This document shows, piece after piece, positions 18,298-27,716 of a DNA stretch of 53,368 nt. This DNA comes from Patescibacteria group bacterium. Its GTDB lineage: Bacteria > Patescibacteriota > Saccharimonadia > Saccharimonadales > 2-12-FULL-41-12. The DNA is taken from positions 1 through 53,368 of the forward strand of contig JBBTSC010000001.1 in the NCBI GenBank assembly GCA_038064875.1, written 5' to 3'. The position numbers and the translations under genes were made by a program. Under the pieces are notes generated by a model. That model was given only the letters and a program-made list of their open reading frames with translations. It was not told the DNA's origin and searched no databases. Each line of letters starts with the position of its first letter. Positions within the stretch are counted from its first letter, which is position 1.

Positions 18298-19026
18298 AAA
18301 GTCGATATTGATATTAAAAAATTACTTGAAGCCGGAGCACACTTCGGACATAAGGCTAGCCGTTGGCATCCAAAAATGGCACCATATCTTCACAGCAAGC
18401 GTGATGGTAGCCATATAATTGATCTTACTACTACTGTAGAGTCTCTAGAAAAAGCTACTGAGTTTATTGAGAAAACAGCAAAATCTGGCAAGCAAGTTTT
18501 GATAGTTGGGACCAAAAGGCAAGCTAAAGGTCCAGTTAAGCAAGTCGCTATAGATACCAATATGCCTTATGTTTCTGAGCGTTGGGTTGGTGGGATGCTA
18601 ACAAATGTGGCAACTATCAGTGAGCGAATAAAAAGACTCAAAGATTTTGAGCAAAAGATGGACTCAGGCTATTTTGCTAGCAAGTACAACAAATTAGAGG
18701 TCCAAAGATTTCAGGAAGAAATCGATGAAATGAATTTCTTGTATGGCGGTATTAAATTTATGGATGTTAAACCAGGTGCTGTATTTGTATCTGATGTAAA
18801 CAACGATATTAACGCTGTTCGCGAAGCTAGAAAACTCGGAATCCCAATAGTTGCTATTGTAGACAGCAATGCAGATCCAAGTCTTGTTGATTACCCGATC
18901 CCTGCAAACGACGATGCGCTTAAGTCAGTTGCATTAATACTTAGCTATATTGAGCAAGCTATCAAGTTCGGCAAAGCTGGAGCTAAAGCACCTAAAGACA
19001 AAACAGAAGTAGCAAAGGAAAAATAA
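18295..19026 (+). CDS. rpsB: 30S ribosomal protein S2
   Basis: LLEAGAHFGH, RWHPKM, RWVGGMLTN, IPANDDA. Confidence 0.97.
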   Translation: MKVDIDIKKLLEAGAHFGHKASRWHPKMAPYLHSKRDGSHIIDLTTTVESLEKATEFIEKTAKSGKQVLIVGTKRQAKGPVKQVAIDTNMPYVSERWVGGMLTNVATISERIKRLKDFEQKMDSGYFASKYNKLEVQRFQEEIDEMNFLYGGIKFMDVKPGAVFVSDVNNDINAVREARKLGIPIVAIVDSNADPSLVDYPIPANDDALKSVALILSYIEQAIKFGKAGAKAPKDKTEVAKEK

Positions 19027-19028
19027 TC

Positions 19029-19631
19029 ATGGCAGATATAACAATAGATGAAATTAAAAGACTTCGAGAGCTTACTGGTGTTGGCATAACCGACGCAAAA
19101 AAAGCCTTGGTAGAAGCAAAAGGAGACTTTGATAAAGCTCTTTCTGCGATGCGAAAAAAAGGACTAACAAAAGCAGAGAAACGTGGCGAGCGTGAAGCGC
19201 GAGCAGGTATAGTTAGCACATATAATCATGACAACCGTATTGGTGTTGTCGTTGAGGTCAATTGTGAAACAGATTTTGTTGCTCGCAATGAGTTGTTCAC
19301 TGACTTAGTTAAGGATGTATCAATGCATATTGCCGCCAGTTCACCTATATATGTCAGTATCGAAGATGTTCCGTCAGAAGATGTTGATAAGGTGAAGGCT
19401 GAATTTACAGAAAAAGCAAAAGCAGATGGAAAACCAGAGAACATGATTGAGAAAATTGTTGAAGGTATGGTGTCTAAACATTTTGCTGAAAAATGTCTTA
19501 TGGATCAGCCTTTTATTAAAAATCCTGACCAGAAAGTCAGTGACCTCGTAAAAGAAAATATTGCAAAACTTGGTGAGAATATTGTCATAAAGAGATTTTC
19601 TCGCATGGCAATTGGCGAAGTTAGTTCATAA
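19029..19631 (+). CDS. tsf: Elongation factor Ts (short form)
   Basis: IKRLRELTGVGITDAKKAL, EVNCETDFVARN. Confidence 0.97.
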   Translation: MADITIDEIKRLRELTGVGITDAKKALVEAKGDFDKALSAMRKKGLTKAEKRGEREARAGIVSTYNHDNRIGVVVEVNCETDFVARNELFTDLVKDVSMHIAASSPIYVSIEDVPSEDVDKVKAEFTEKAKADGKPENMIEKIVEGMVSKHFAEKCLMDQPFIKNPDQKVSDLVKENIAKLGENIVIKRFSRMAIGEVSS

Positions 19632-19788
19632 CCACACCAAATAAAATAACGTTTTTTATACACAACTGACTGTCTACAAAAATATTTTTGCTTCGCACCA
19701 TATTGCAAATATGATTTGTCACAAAAACAAATTTTGTAGTCTAGTCAGTCGTGATCTAAAATTACGCAATTTTGTTTGGTGTGGTTAT
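19628..19788. mobile_element. 161-bp imperfect palindrome with 20-bp terminal inverted repeats (MITE/REPIN-like)
   Basis: ATAACCACACCAAATAAAAT (19628-47) matches the reverse complement of 19769-88 at 19/20. Inner arms are 19661-81 and 19732-53. The core 19631-19785 is flanked by TA on both sides. Confidence 0.55.
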
Positions 19789-19802
19789 AGTACAATATAC
19801 AT

Positions 19803-20246
19803 ATGAGTACGGATTCTCAGATCCAAACAACAGTTATAGAACAGGCATCAGCAGAAATAGCTGAGCAATTAAATAATTTGTTGGTTCAGCTGAGCCCGGA
19901 GTCCAGGGTTGAGCAAGGTAGGTTAGAGCGAATAATTAGCTCGGATACAGCAGGGATTATAGTTGCAAAAGACGGCGATAAAATTGTCGGCATGGCGACA
20001 CTAAATGTTATCCAGAAATTAGCAGAATCAAAAGCTGAGCTGGAAGATTTTGTGGTAGACGCAGACCAAAGGGGCAAGGGAGTTGCTAGTATCCTATGGG
20101 ATAGTGTTATTGATTGGTGTCGTCAAAAAGAAGTTGAGAATCTAGAATTTACTTCTAGGCCAGCGCGCCAGGCAGCGCAACAATTTTATAGCAAAATGGG
20201 TGCAGAAATAAGAGATACAAATTTCTTCAGATACAAAATAAAGTAA
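19803..20246 (+). CDS. GNAT-family N-acetyltransferase
   Basis: LEDFVVDADQRGKGVA acetyl-CoA motif, TSRPARQAAQQFYSKMG. Confidence 0.9.
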   Translation: MSTDSQIQTTVIEQASAEIAEQLNNLLVQLSPESRVEQGRLERIISSDTAGIIVAKDGDKIVGMATLNVIQKLAESKAELEDFVVDADQRGKGVASILWDSVIDWCRQKEVENLEFTSRPARQAAQQFYSKMGAEIRDTNFFRYKIK

Positions 20247-20263
20247 GGGGTATTAGTATAACA

Positions 20264-20821
20264 ATGGACAACATAGTTGATAGAACCAATTCAAAACTCA
20301 AGGATGCGTTAGAACATTTTAAAGATCAAGCAAAAAAACTTCGTACTGGCCGTGCGCATCCAAGTATGCTTGAAAAAGTAGTTGTTGAGGCATATGGACA
20401 AGAAATGCCGTTGATCCAAGTTGCCAGCGTGTCTTCTCCGGATGCACAGCTACTGCAGGTTACACCTTTTGACCCAAATAACCTAGAAGCTATTGTCTCA
20501 GCTATTAGTTCTGATAGTTCGTTAGGGTTCAATCCTAGTGATGACGGGAGGGTCATACGAGTGCCGGTACCAGCCTTAACAGAAGAAAGACGTAAACAAA
20601 TAGTTAAGCAACTCAGAGAAAAAGTTGAAGAATGTAATATTTCTTTTCGTAATCTTCGTCATGATGCACTAAAAGAAATTGATCAATCAGAAAAGAATAA
20701 AGAAGTATCAGAAGACGAAAAGAAAAGACTTGTTAAGTCCATTGAAGATTCGCTGGCGAAGTCCAAGCAAGAGCTAGAAACCATAGCCAAAGACAAAGAA
20801 GCAGATATCTTAAAAGTTTAA
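20264..20821 (+). CDS. frr: Ribosome recycling factor
   Basis: LRTGRAHPSML, GFNPSDDG, VPALTEERRK. Confidence 0.97.
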   Translation: MDNIVDRTNSKLKDALEHFKDQAKKLRTGRAHPSMLEKVVVEAYGQEMPLIQVASVSSPDAQLLQVTPFDPNNLEAIVSAISSDSSLGFNPSDDGRVIRVPVPALTEERRKQIVKQLREKVEECNISFRNLRHDALKEIDQSEKNKEVSEDEKKRLVKSIEDSLAKSKQELETIAKDKEADILKV

Positions 20822-20847
20822 TATTTGGGTTATAATACTATTAGAGT

Positions 20848-21969
20848 ATGAGTATTTTTCTAATTATCTTGGGGTTCTTGCTTTTTATTGGGCTAGTTTT
20901 AGTCCATGAATGGGGGCACTTTATTGCTGCTAGACGTGCTGGTGTTGAAGTCGAAGAATTTGGCATAGGTTTTCCACCAAAAGGTTGGGGCAAGAAAATA
21001 AAAACAAAGAAAAGTGAATTTTTGTTCACCATAAATCTTTTGCCACTTGGCGGTTTTGTTAGGCTCAAAGGAGAAAATGATTCGGCTAAGCATAAAGGGA
21101 GCTACGGGGCTGCCAGTTTGCCAGATAAGACCAAGATTATGGTGGCGGGAGTAGTCATGAATTTGGTGACAGCGTATGTCTTATTAGTAGTAATCGCCTT
21201 GATTGGTATGCCACAGATTATTCCTGATCAATATAAAGTAGACAGTGATTCTAAAATCACCCGCCAATTAGAAAACAAAGGCAAGGTTACCATAGCTAAA
21301 GTCTTGACCGATAGTCCCGCCCAGAAAGCAGATATTCAAGTTAATGATCAGATCCAGCTGATTAACGGCAATGTCATATCAAACCCGATGCAAATTTCTG
21401 AAATTACAAAAGAATACGCTGGACGTGCAATAGAAATCAAGCTTAATCGTGGTGGTGAGGATATAGTTAAGACGGTTCAGCTAAACGCCAAAGACAGTGG
21501 GCAGGGATATCTGGGCTTATCGAGTCAGTCCGAGCAGAAAGGTGTTGAGTTGAGACGTTCGACCTGGTCCGCACCTGTTGTGGCGGGTGGGGTTATAGCC
21601 CAGTTCACGGAGCTGACTTTCAGAGGACTCGGCTCAATAATAACTAATTTATTCAGTGGTGATCCTGGCAAGGCAGGTGATCAAGTCTCTGGTCCAGTAG
21701 GAATAGCGGTAGTCATAAAAGAGGGAAGTAAAATTGGCGTTCAATTTATACTAATGATAATTGCAATTATCTCACTTTCTTTAGCGATTATGAACATATT
21801 GCCAATCCCAGCTTTAGACGGAGGCAGGCTCTTTGTCACGTATCTTTTTAGGATTTTTAGGTGGGATTTGACCAAAGAACGTGAATCAGTTATTCATGGA
21901 GCAGGCTTTGCTTTCTTGATGGGGCTATTTGTGCTAATAACGGTAGTTGACGTTAGAAGGTTTTTCTAG
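20848..21969 (+). CDS. rseP: RseP-like site-2 intramembrane metalloprotease (M50) with a PDZ domain
   Basis: HEWGH, LLPLGGFV, NILPIPALDGG. Confidence 0.93.
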   Translation: MSIFLIILGFLLFIGLVLVHEWGHFIAARRAGVEVEEFGIGFPPKGWGKKIKTKKSEFLFTINLLPLGGFVRLKGENDSAKHKGSYGAASLPDKTKIMVAGVVMNLVTAYVLLVVIALIGMPQIIPDQYKVDSDSKITRQLENKGKVTIAKVLTDSPAQKADIQVNDQIQLINGNVISNPMQISEITKEYAGRAIEIKLNRGGEDIVKTVQLNAKDSGQGYLGLSSQSEQKGVELRRSTWSAPVVAGGVIAQFTELTFRGLGSIITNLFSGDPGKAGDQVSGPVGIAVVIKEGSKIGVQFILMIIAIISLSLAIMNILPIPALDGGRLFVTYLFRIFRWDLTKERESVIHGAGFAFLMGLFVLITVVDVRRFF

Positions 21970-21982
21970 GGGATAAAACGTT

Positions 21983-22738
21983 ATGCAAAAAACTAACCAG
22001 GATTTTGTCCCGATACTTCGTATAGCTCTGGCGGTTCTATTTATCCTTTTTGCTTACATTTTTTCACAACTAATCTCCGGATTGGTGGTATATACGGCTC
22101 TTGCTTTAGGTGCAGGTGGTCAGTCGGACACTTTAGACCAATTGCAGAATTCTACACTCTCGCAATTCGCATTCTTAGGCGTAGCGATGGCTGTTGAGCT
22201 AGGACTTTTCTATGGTCTTAGTCGTATAACAAAGTTAAATCTAGGCTATTTGAATCCAAATAAATTTTCATTAAGCAAGAGTTGGATAATCCCAGTAGCC
22301 CTAGCTATTTATATGATAGCTTCGTCGGCTTTGATGGGTCTTTTGAGTGGGGCAATTGATACAGACCAAAAACAACAAATTGGATTTGAGAATGTACAAG
22401 GAGGGCTAGAGCTTGCTATGGTTTTTGGGGCTCTGGTGGTCTTGGCGCCACTGGCAGAAGAAATACTTTTCAGAGGATTTTTGTATACAGAATTTAGAAG
22501 GAAGGCTAATCTAGTTGTTTCTTCTTTGTTGGTGAGTGCATTTTTTGCTGGATTTCATTTGCAACTTGGATCTGGTCATCCACCACTTTGGTCAGGATTT
22601 GTTGATACCTTTGTTCTATCTTTGGTACTTTGTTATGTTCGGGAAAAGACCGGCTCTATTTGGTACGGTGTCGGCATACATTCACTAAAGAACTTTTTAG
22701 CGTTCTTGTTGATATTTGTCCTACACATCAATATTTAA
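21983..22738 (+). CDS. CPBP/Abi (CAAX protease-like) intramembrane protease
   Basis: APLAEEILFRG, FAGFH and HSLKN motifs; multiple TMs. Confidence 0.9.
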   Translation: MQKTNQDFVPILRIALAVLFILFAYIFSQLISGLVVYTALALGAGGQSDTLDQLQNSTLSQFAFLGVAMAVELGLFYGLSRITKLNLGYLNPNKFSLSKSWIIPVALAIYMIASSALMGLLSGAIDTDQKQQIGFENVQGGLELAMVFGALVVLAPLAEEILFRGFLYTEFRRKANLVVSSLLVSAFFAGFHLQLGSGHPPLWSGFVDTFVLSLVLCYVREKTGSIWYGVGIHSLKNFLAFLLIFVLHINI

Positions 22739-22775
22739 TCTGTCAATTACAGCGTCGATAGTTTAGAATAGTTAT

Positions 22776-24032
22776 ATGAAAATCACAGATTTATTTGTAA
22801 AGACAACAAAGAATATCCCAGCAGATGAACAGGCAGTAAATGCTAAGTTGTTGATCCAGGCAGGATATGTACATAAAGAAATGGCGGGTGTTTATTCGTA
22901 TTTACCGCTCGGTCTTATGGTATTAGAAAATATTAAAAAGATCGTCCGAGAAGAGATGAATTCGATTGGTAGTAGTGAACTGATCATGACGAGTTTGCAA
23001 CGTAAAGAGCTATGGGAGAAGACTAACAGATGGTCTGATAAGGAAGTTGACGTTTGGTTTAAATCCCGTCTTAAAAATGGCACAGAAGTGGGATTTGGTT
23101 GGTCGCATGAAGAACCAATAACTGACATGATGCGAAATTTTGTATCAAGCTACAGGGATTTGCCCATCTATGTCTATCAATTTCAGACAAAACTGAGAAA
23201 TGAACTTCGCGCAAAGAGCGGGATCATGCGCGGACGTGAATTTGTGATGAAAGATCTGTACTCATACTCTTTGACTGAGGAAGATCATGAAAAATTTTAT
23301 CAACAAGTCGTTGATGCTTATAGTAGGGTTTTTAAGCGTGTTGGGTTGGGTGACGCAACGCATTTTACTTATGCATCCGGCGGGGCATTTACGCAGTTCA
23401 GTCACGAATTTCAGACTGAGTGTGAGGCTGGTGAGGATATTATCCATATTGATAGAAAGTCAAAAGTTGCGATCAATGATGAAATTCTCTCAGATGCTAT
23501 GATAAAAAAACTAAAAGTTGATCAGTCAAATCTAGAGAAAGTAAAAACAGCAGAAGTTGGCAATATCTTTAGTTTTGGTGCGAAGAAATCTGAAGAACTG
23601 GGCCTTTATTTCACGGATGAAAAAGGTGATAAGAAGCCAGTAATACTAGGATCTTATGGAATTGGTATCACCAGACTAATGGGCGTTATTGTAGAAAAAT
23701 TTTCGGATAACAAGGGCCTTGTTTGGCCAGAAGAAGTGGCTCCTTTTAAGGTCTATTTAGCAACAATAGGAGATGATAAAGCAGTTCATGAGTCTGGTAG
23801 AAAACTGTATGAATTCCTACAGAAAGCAGGTGTCTCTGTGTTGTATGATGATCGAGACCTGAGGGCAGGCGAGAAATTCGCCACCTGCGATATGATAGGC
23901 ATACCGCAAAGGTTAGTCGTCAGTGAGAAGACGATAAAAAATAAAAATATAGAATTCAAAAAGCGCCAGAACATTGAGGCAGAATTTATACACCAAAAAG
24001 ATTTAGAAGATCTGTTTGCAATAAAAAGTTAA
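22776..24032 (+). CDS. proS: Proline--tRNA ligase (short form, no editing insertion)
   Basis: YQFQTKLRNELRAKSGIMRGREFVMKD, EVGNIF, GSYGIGITR, anticodon-binding domain. Confidence 0.95.
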   Translation: MKITDLFVKTTKNIPADEQAVNAKLLIQAGYVHKEMAGVYSYLPLGLMVLENIKKIVREEMNSIGSSELIMTSLQRKELWEKTNRWSDKEVDVWFKSRLKNGTEVGFGWSHEEPITDMMRNFVSSYRDLPIYVYQFQTKLRNELRAKSGIMRGREFVMKDLYSYSLTEEDHEKFYQQVVDAYSRVFKRVGLGDATHFTYASGGAFTQFSHEFQTECEAGEDIIHIDRKSKVAINDEILSDAMIKKLKVDQSNLEKVKTAEVGNIFSFGAKKSEELGLYFTDEKGDKKPVILGSYGIGITRLMGVIVEKFSDNKGLVWPEEVAPFKVYLATIGDDKAVHESGRKLYEFLQKAGVSVLYDDRDLRAGEKFATCDMIGIPQRLVVSEKTIKNKNIEFKKRQNIEAEFIHQKDLEDLFAIKS

Positions 24033-24037
24033 TTATC

Positions 24038-24084
24038 TATAATGTTTATCAACGTGGGTCAGAACTGACCTATTTATTTGGAGG
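24038..24084 (+). promoter_or_regulatory. greA promoter and leader with a terminator-like hairpin
   Basis: TATAAT 24038-43; hairpin TGGGTCAGAACTGACCTA 24055-72 followed by TTTATTT; SD GGAGG 24080-84. Confidence 0.5.
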
Positions 24085-24088
24085 AAAA

Positions 24089-24550
24089 ATGAAGAAATTG
24101 TTTCATATGACAAAAGACGGAATTGAGGAACTAAAGAGTGAGCTCAGTTCATTAAAGCTTAGGCGTGGAGATATTGCGGAAGCTATTAAAGATGCTCGTG
24201 AGCAAGGTGACTTAAGTGAAAATGCTGAATATCATGTTGCTAAAGATGAGCATGAAAAAACAGAGTCACGTATCCTAGAGCTTGAGCACATATTACAAAA
24301 CGTAGAGGTTATTACTAAGCGTGGTGGTAAAGGTAAGGTAACACTTGGCTCTACTGTAAAGCTAAAGACAGGTGACGGTAAACTAACAGAATTCACGGTT
24401 GTAGGTACGGTAGAAGCTGACCCACTTAGCGGAAAAATATCCGACGAATCACCAATTGGTCAAGCTTTGATCGGTAAAAACGTAGGTGATGAAGTAGAGA
24501 TTAACCTCTCAAGCGAAAAACGTAAGTTTGTCGTCGAAAAAATTGGCTAA
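24089..24550 (+). CDS. greA: Transcription elongation factor GreA
   Basis: AREQGDLSENAEY, ISDESPIGQALIG. Confidence 0.97.
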   Translation: MKKLFHMTKDGIEELKSELSSLKLRRGDIAEAIKDAREQGDLSENAEYHVAKDEHEKTESRILELEHILQNVEVITKRGGKGKVTLGSTVKLKTGDGKLTEFTVVGTVEADPLSGKISDESPIGQALIGKNVGDEVEINLSSEKRKFVVEKIG

Positions 24551-24596
24551 ATTTAACGTACTCAGATCATAGTTAACCTGTTATAATGGTTTTCAA

Positions 24597-26114
24597 ATGG
24601 CTAGCTTAAAAGAATACAGAGATGAACGGCTCAAAAAACTAGAAACTTTGAAATCAAAGGGCTACAATCCGTATCCCACAAAGGCGACCCGGAGTGTCTA
24701 TGCAAATGATATCAGGGATAAGTTCAAAGATTTAGAAGGTAAAAAACATTCGATAGTCGGTAGGATTACGAGTATTCGTAGTTTTGGTAAAATAGCTTTC
24801 ATAGTCATTAAAGATAACTCAGGCCAGATCCAGATTTTTTTAAGATCTGGAGAAGTAGCAAAGAGTGATCCAAAAAATGGCGTACTTGATATTTCTGATA
24901 TAGGGCTTCTGGACAGTGGTGATTTTATAGAAGCAAATGGGGTAGTAGGAAAAACTCAGACTGGCGAGATCAGTCTCATAGCCAATAGTATCAAGCTCGT
25001 CGGCAAGTCCATAAGACCTCTTCCTTCGTATGATGGATTTACTAATAAAGAAGAGCGAATGCGACGTCGCTATGTGGACACAACAATTAACGAAGATGTA
25101 TATCAAAGATATTTAAGACGTAGCAAATTTTGGCAAGCGACTAGAGATTTTCTCATAAAAGAAGATTTTATAGAGATCAGCACTCCAGTGCTAGAGAATA
25201 CTACCGGTGGAGCGGATGCTAAGCCTTTTGTGACGCACATGGATGCTCTGGACCAAGATTTCTATCTACGAATTAGTCACGAGCTACCTCTCAAGCGTCT
25301 TCTCGGTGGCGGTTACGAGAAAGTCTTTGACCTTGGGCCAAGGTTTAGGAATGAGAATTACTCAGACGAACATTTACCGGAACATATGTCCATGGAATGG
25401 TACTGGGCTTATGCTGATTGGGAAGATGGAATGAACCTCACTGAAAAAATGATCAGAAAAATAGCAGATGATGTTTGGGGGACTAGGAAGTTTAGTCTAG
25501 CCAATGGGCAGAAAATTGATCTTGGCAAAGATGGTGAAAAGTTCAGAAAGGTTAGCTTTGTTGAGCTTATCAAAGATAAATATGACCTAGATGTTATGAG
25601 TTGCACTTTGAAAGATGCAGTAGCTGAACTAAAGAAAATTGGCGGAGAAGTTGAGAAGATAGACAATAAATCTAGGGTTATTGATAAATTATGGAAGAAA
25701 TTGAGAGCAGAAATAGCAGGACCGGTATTTTTGGTGGATATTCCTAAGTATTTACAACCACTTGCGAAGGTTCAGCCAGATAACCCAGAGCTCAGTGAAC
25801 AGTTCAATCTCATTCTGGGTGGTACAGAGGCGTGTAAAGCATACTCTGAACTCAATGATCCAGTTGATCAGCTAGATAGATTCAAGGAGCAACAGAAAAT
25901 GCGTGAAGATGGTGATGATGAAGCAATGATGCTGGATATTGATTTTGTCGAAATGCTTGAATACGGTATGCCACCGGCCTGTGGTTATGGACATAGTGAA
26001 CGTCTTTTTTGGCTACTTGAAGGTGTTACTGCCAGGGAAGGTGTACCTTTTCCTCAGTTGAGACGTGAAATTAGCGAAGTCACCAAAAAGATCTACCCAG
26101 ATCTAAATTTATAA
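24597..26114 (+). CDS. lysS: Lysine--tRNA ligase (class II)
   Basis: OB fold with RSFGK, TTGGADAKPF, YLRISHEL, FRNE, MPPACGYG. Confidence 0.96.
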   Translation: MASLKEYRDERLKKLETLKSKGYNPYPTKATRSVYANDIRDKFKDLEGKKHSIVGRITSIRSFGKIAFIVIKDNSGQIQIFLRSGEVAKSDPKNGVLDISDIGLLDSGDFIEANGVVGKTQTGEISLIANSIKLVGKSIRPLPSYDGFTNKEERMRRRYVDTTINEDVYQRYLRRSKFWQATRDFLIKEDFIEISTPVLENTTGGADAKPFVTHMDALDQDFYLRISHELPLKRLLGGGYEKVFDLGPRFRNENYSDEHLPEHMSMEWYWAYADWEDGMNLTEKMIRKIADDVWGTRKFSLANGQKIDLGKDGEKFRKVSFVELIKDKYDLDVMSCTLKDAVAELKKIGGEVEKIDNKSRVIDKLWKKLRAEIAGPVFLVDIPKYLQPLAKVQPDNPELSEQFNLILGGTEACKAYSELNDPVDQLDRFKEQQKMREDGDDEAMMLDIDFVEMLEYGMPPACGYGHSERLFWLLEGVTAREGVPFPQLRREISEVTKKIYPDLNL

Positions 26115-26201
26115 AAATAATACCCCCTCATATTTTAGCTGTTGACACAAAATGTTATAATAGTAATGGTTAAATATAAGTATTAAACAGAGAAAATAAA
26201 A

Positions 26202-26669
26202 ATGACTACACAAACACCAGAGAACCCGCTCATAGATTTCATAGATCATGCAGGGGTTAATACGATGAAAACATCGGATATGCACAGAGCTCTTGAAGCT
26301 CTCGATAGATTAGGCGAAGGTGCTCCAGAAGAGGTGATACACGAAGCTGATAGGAGTGTGAACTATTTTGCTCATACAGCTAGCGATTTTGTGTGTTCTG
26401 CGGTACTTCAGGCGCCAGATGCACGAAGAGAAGAAGTTGCACAGACTGCATGGGGCCAGGTCGTTCAAGCTACTGATATTCTAGTGCTTGGCCCAGATCA
26501 TCCGAGTGTTAGCGCTGAACATCCAGATATTCAGTGCTCAGCGGAGGAGATAGTCCCAGGAGAGGAAGTCAAAGTGAATCCTAAAGAAAGAGCCACCTGG
26601 CGATCTAGAGTCCAAGAGCTTGTAAGCTCTATGGTAGAAGGCGAAGTAAAACTCTTCATAGCTTACTAA
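26202..26669 (+). CDS. Hypothetical acidic protein
   Basis: 155-aa ORF with an upstream TG-t-TATAAT (26153-61) and a downstream hairpin CTTACTAA-tcat-TTAGTAAG (26662-81). Confidence 0.55.
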   Translation: MTTQTPENPLIDFIDHAGVNTMKTSDMHRALEALDRLGEGAPEEVIHEADRSVNYFAHTASDFVCSAVLQAPDARREEVAQTAWGQVVQATDILVLGPDHPSVSAEHPDIQCSAEEIVPGEEVKVNPKERATWRSRVQELVSSMVEGEVKLFIAY

Positions 26670-26741
26670 TCATTTAGTAAGAGTGTTGTTAAAAAATAGC
26701 TTTCCGAAGGTGTTCTGCCGGATTATGTTATAATTGTCTTC

Positions 26742-27716
26742 ATGAGTGAGAAGAGTAATAAATCAACCAAAAAAACAACTAAAAAAACTGCATCAAAGTC
26801 AGTAAAAAAAGTAACAACTAAATCAACAAAAAAAGCTAAAGTAGCTAAAAAACCAGTAGTTGCGGTGAGTAATGAGGGAGTAAAATCACCAGCACTATTT
26901 GGTCGAATTAAAGGACAGGCGTCTGCTTTTGTAGCAAGATTTAGTCCAAACAAAGATCACGACAACTTCGTTAAACTAAACAGTCTAATATCATCATCTG
27001 CATTGATATATGTACTGCTCGGAGTGCTTAGTGTGTTGGTACTAAAGCCTTTTTATGGCACTGTATCTGTATATTTTCAGACAAAGGACTTTCTAGCTGA
27101 TAATGCAAACGAACAGCTTCTAGGAATTAAAGATCTATACACAATCGATCTAAGATGGATACTGGTTGGTCTGCTAGTTATTTCGGCAATTTTGCTAGTC
27201 ATAACTTCTACAAAAAAGAGAGACATGTATGAGAAATCTTTGAAGAATAAAGATTCAGCTCCTCGCTGGATTTACTTAGGTATTTCATCTGTCGTGACAT
27301 TAACTCTCGTTTCTTTGTTAGTAGGGCTAAATGATCTTGCAGTTATCAAAATGTCTGCAGGTTTGATCATAGCAACAGTTGCCTTAGGCATCATCAGTGA
27401 TAGACAGAACGCTGGTAGCAAAAAACCCGTGTGGCTCGCATTTGTAGTATCACTATTTACAGGCGCAATTGCCTGGTCAGCTATCCTTGGTGCAACTCTA
27501 GGTAGCTATATATATTCAGTTGAAAACTTTGCTTGGTACATCTACGCAGTGCCAGCTGTAGTGTTACTAGGTTTTATCGGATTTGCTTACAATCAATATC
27601 GATATATCTCAGGGAAGACAAAAGATTTCATTGCATACGAAAAGAAATTTGTCTGGCTAGATCTAACTTCAAAAGTTCTCGTATTTGTTCTACTCGTATT
27701 AGCCCTACATAAATAA
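26742..27716 (+). CDS. Heliorhodopsin-family 7-TM protein (divergent) with a Lys-rich N-terminal extension
   Basis: Seven hydrophobic segments and a long loop between TM1 and TM2. HeR-like motifs: YEKSLKNKDSAPRW (helix C Arg-Trp), SLLVGLND, LGIISDRQN, W231, GAIAW, FIGFAYNQ, and YE..F.WLDLTSK with the retinal-site Lys311. Confidence 0.8.
   Translation: MSEKSNKSTKKTTKKTASKSVKKVTTKSTKKAKVAKKPVVAVSNEGVKSPALFGRIKGQASAFVARFSPNKDHDNFVKLNSLISSSALIYVLLGVLSVLVLKPFYGTVSVYFQTKDFLADNANEQLLGIKDLYTIDLRWILVGLLVISAILLVITSTKKRDMYEKSLKNKDSAPRWIYLGISSVVTLTLVSLLVGLNDLAVIKMSAGLIIATVALGIISDRQNAGSKKPVWLAFVVSLFTGAIAWSAILGATLGSYIYSVENFAWYIYAVPAVVLLGFIGFAYNQYRYISGKTKDFIAYEKKFVWLDLTSKVLVFVLLVLALHK

Noticed and set aside
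26142-26161. TTGACA and TATAAT upstream of 26202 as a consensus promoter pair
   Set aside because: The spacing is only 8 nt, incompatible with sigma70. Only the extended -10 is credible
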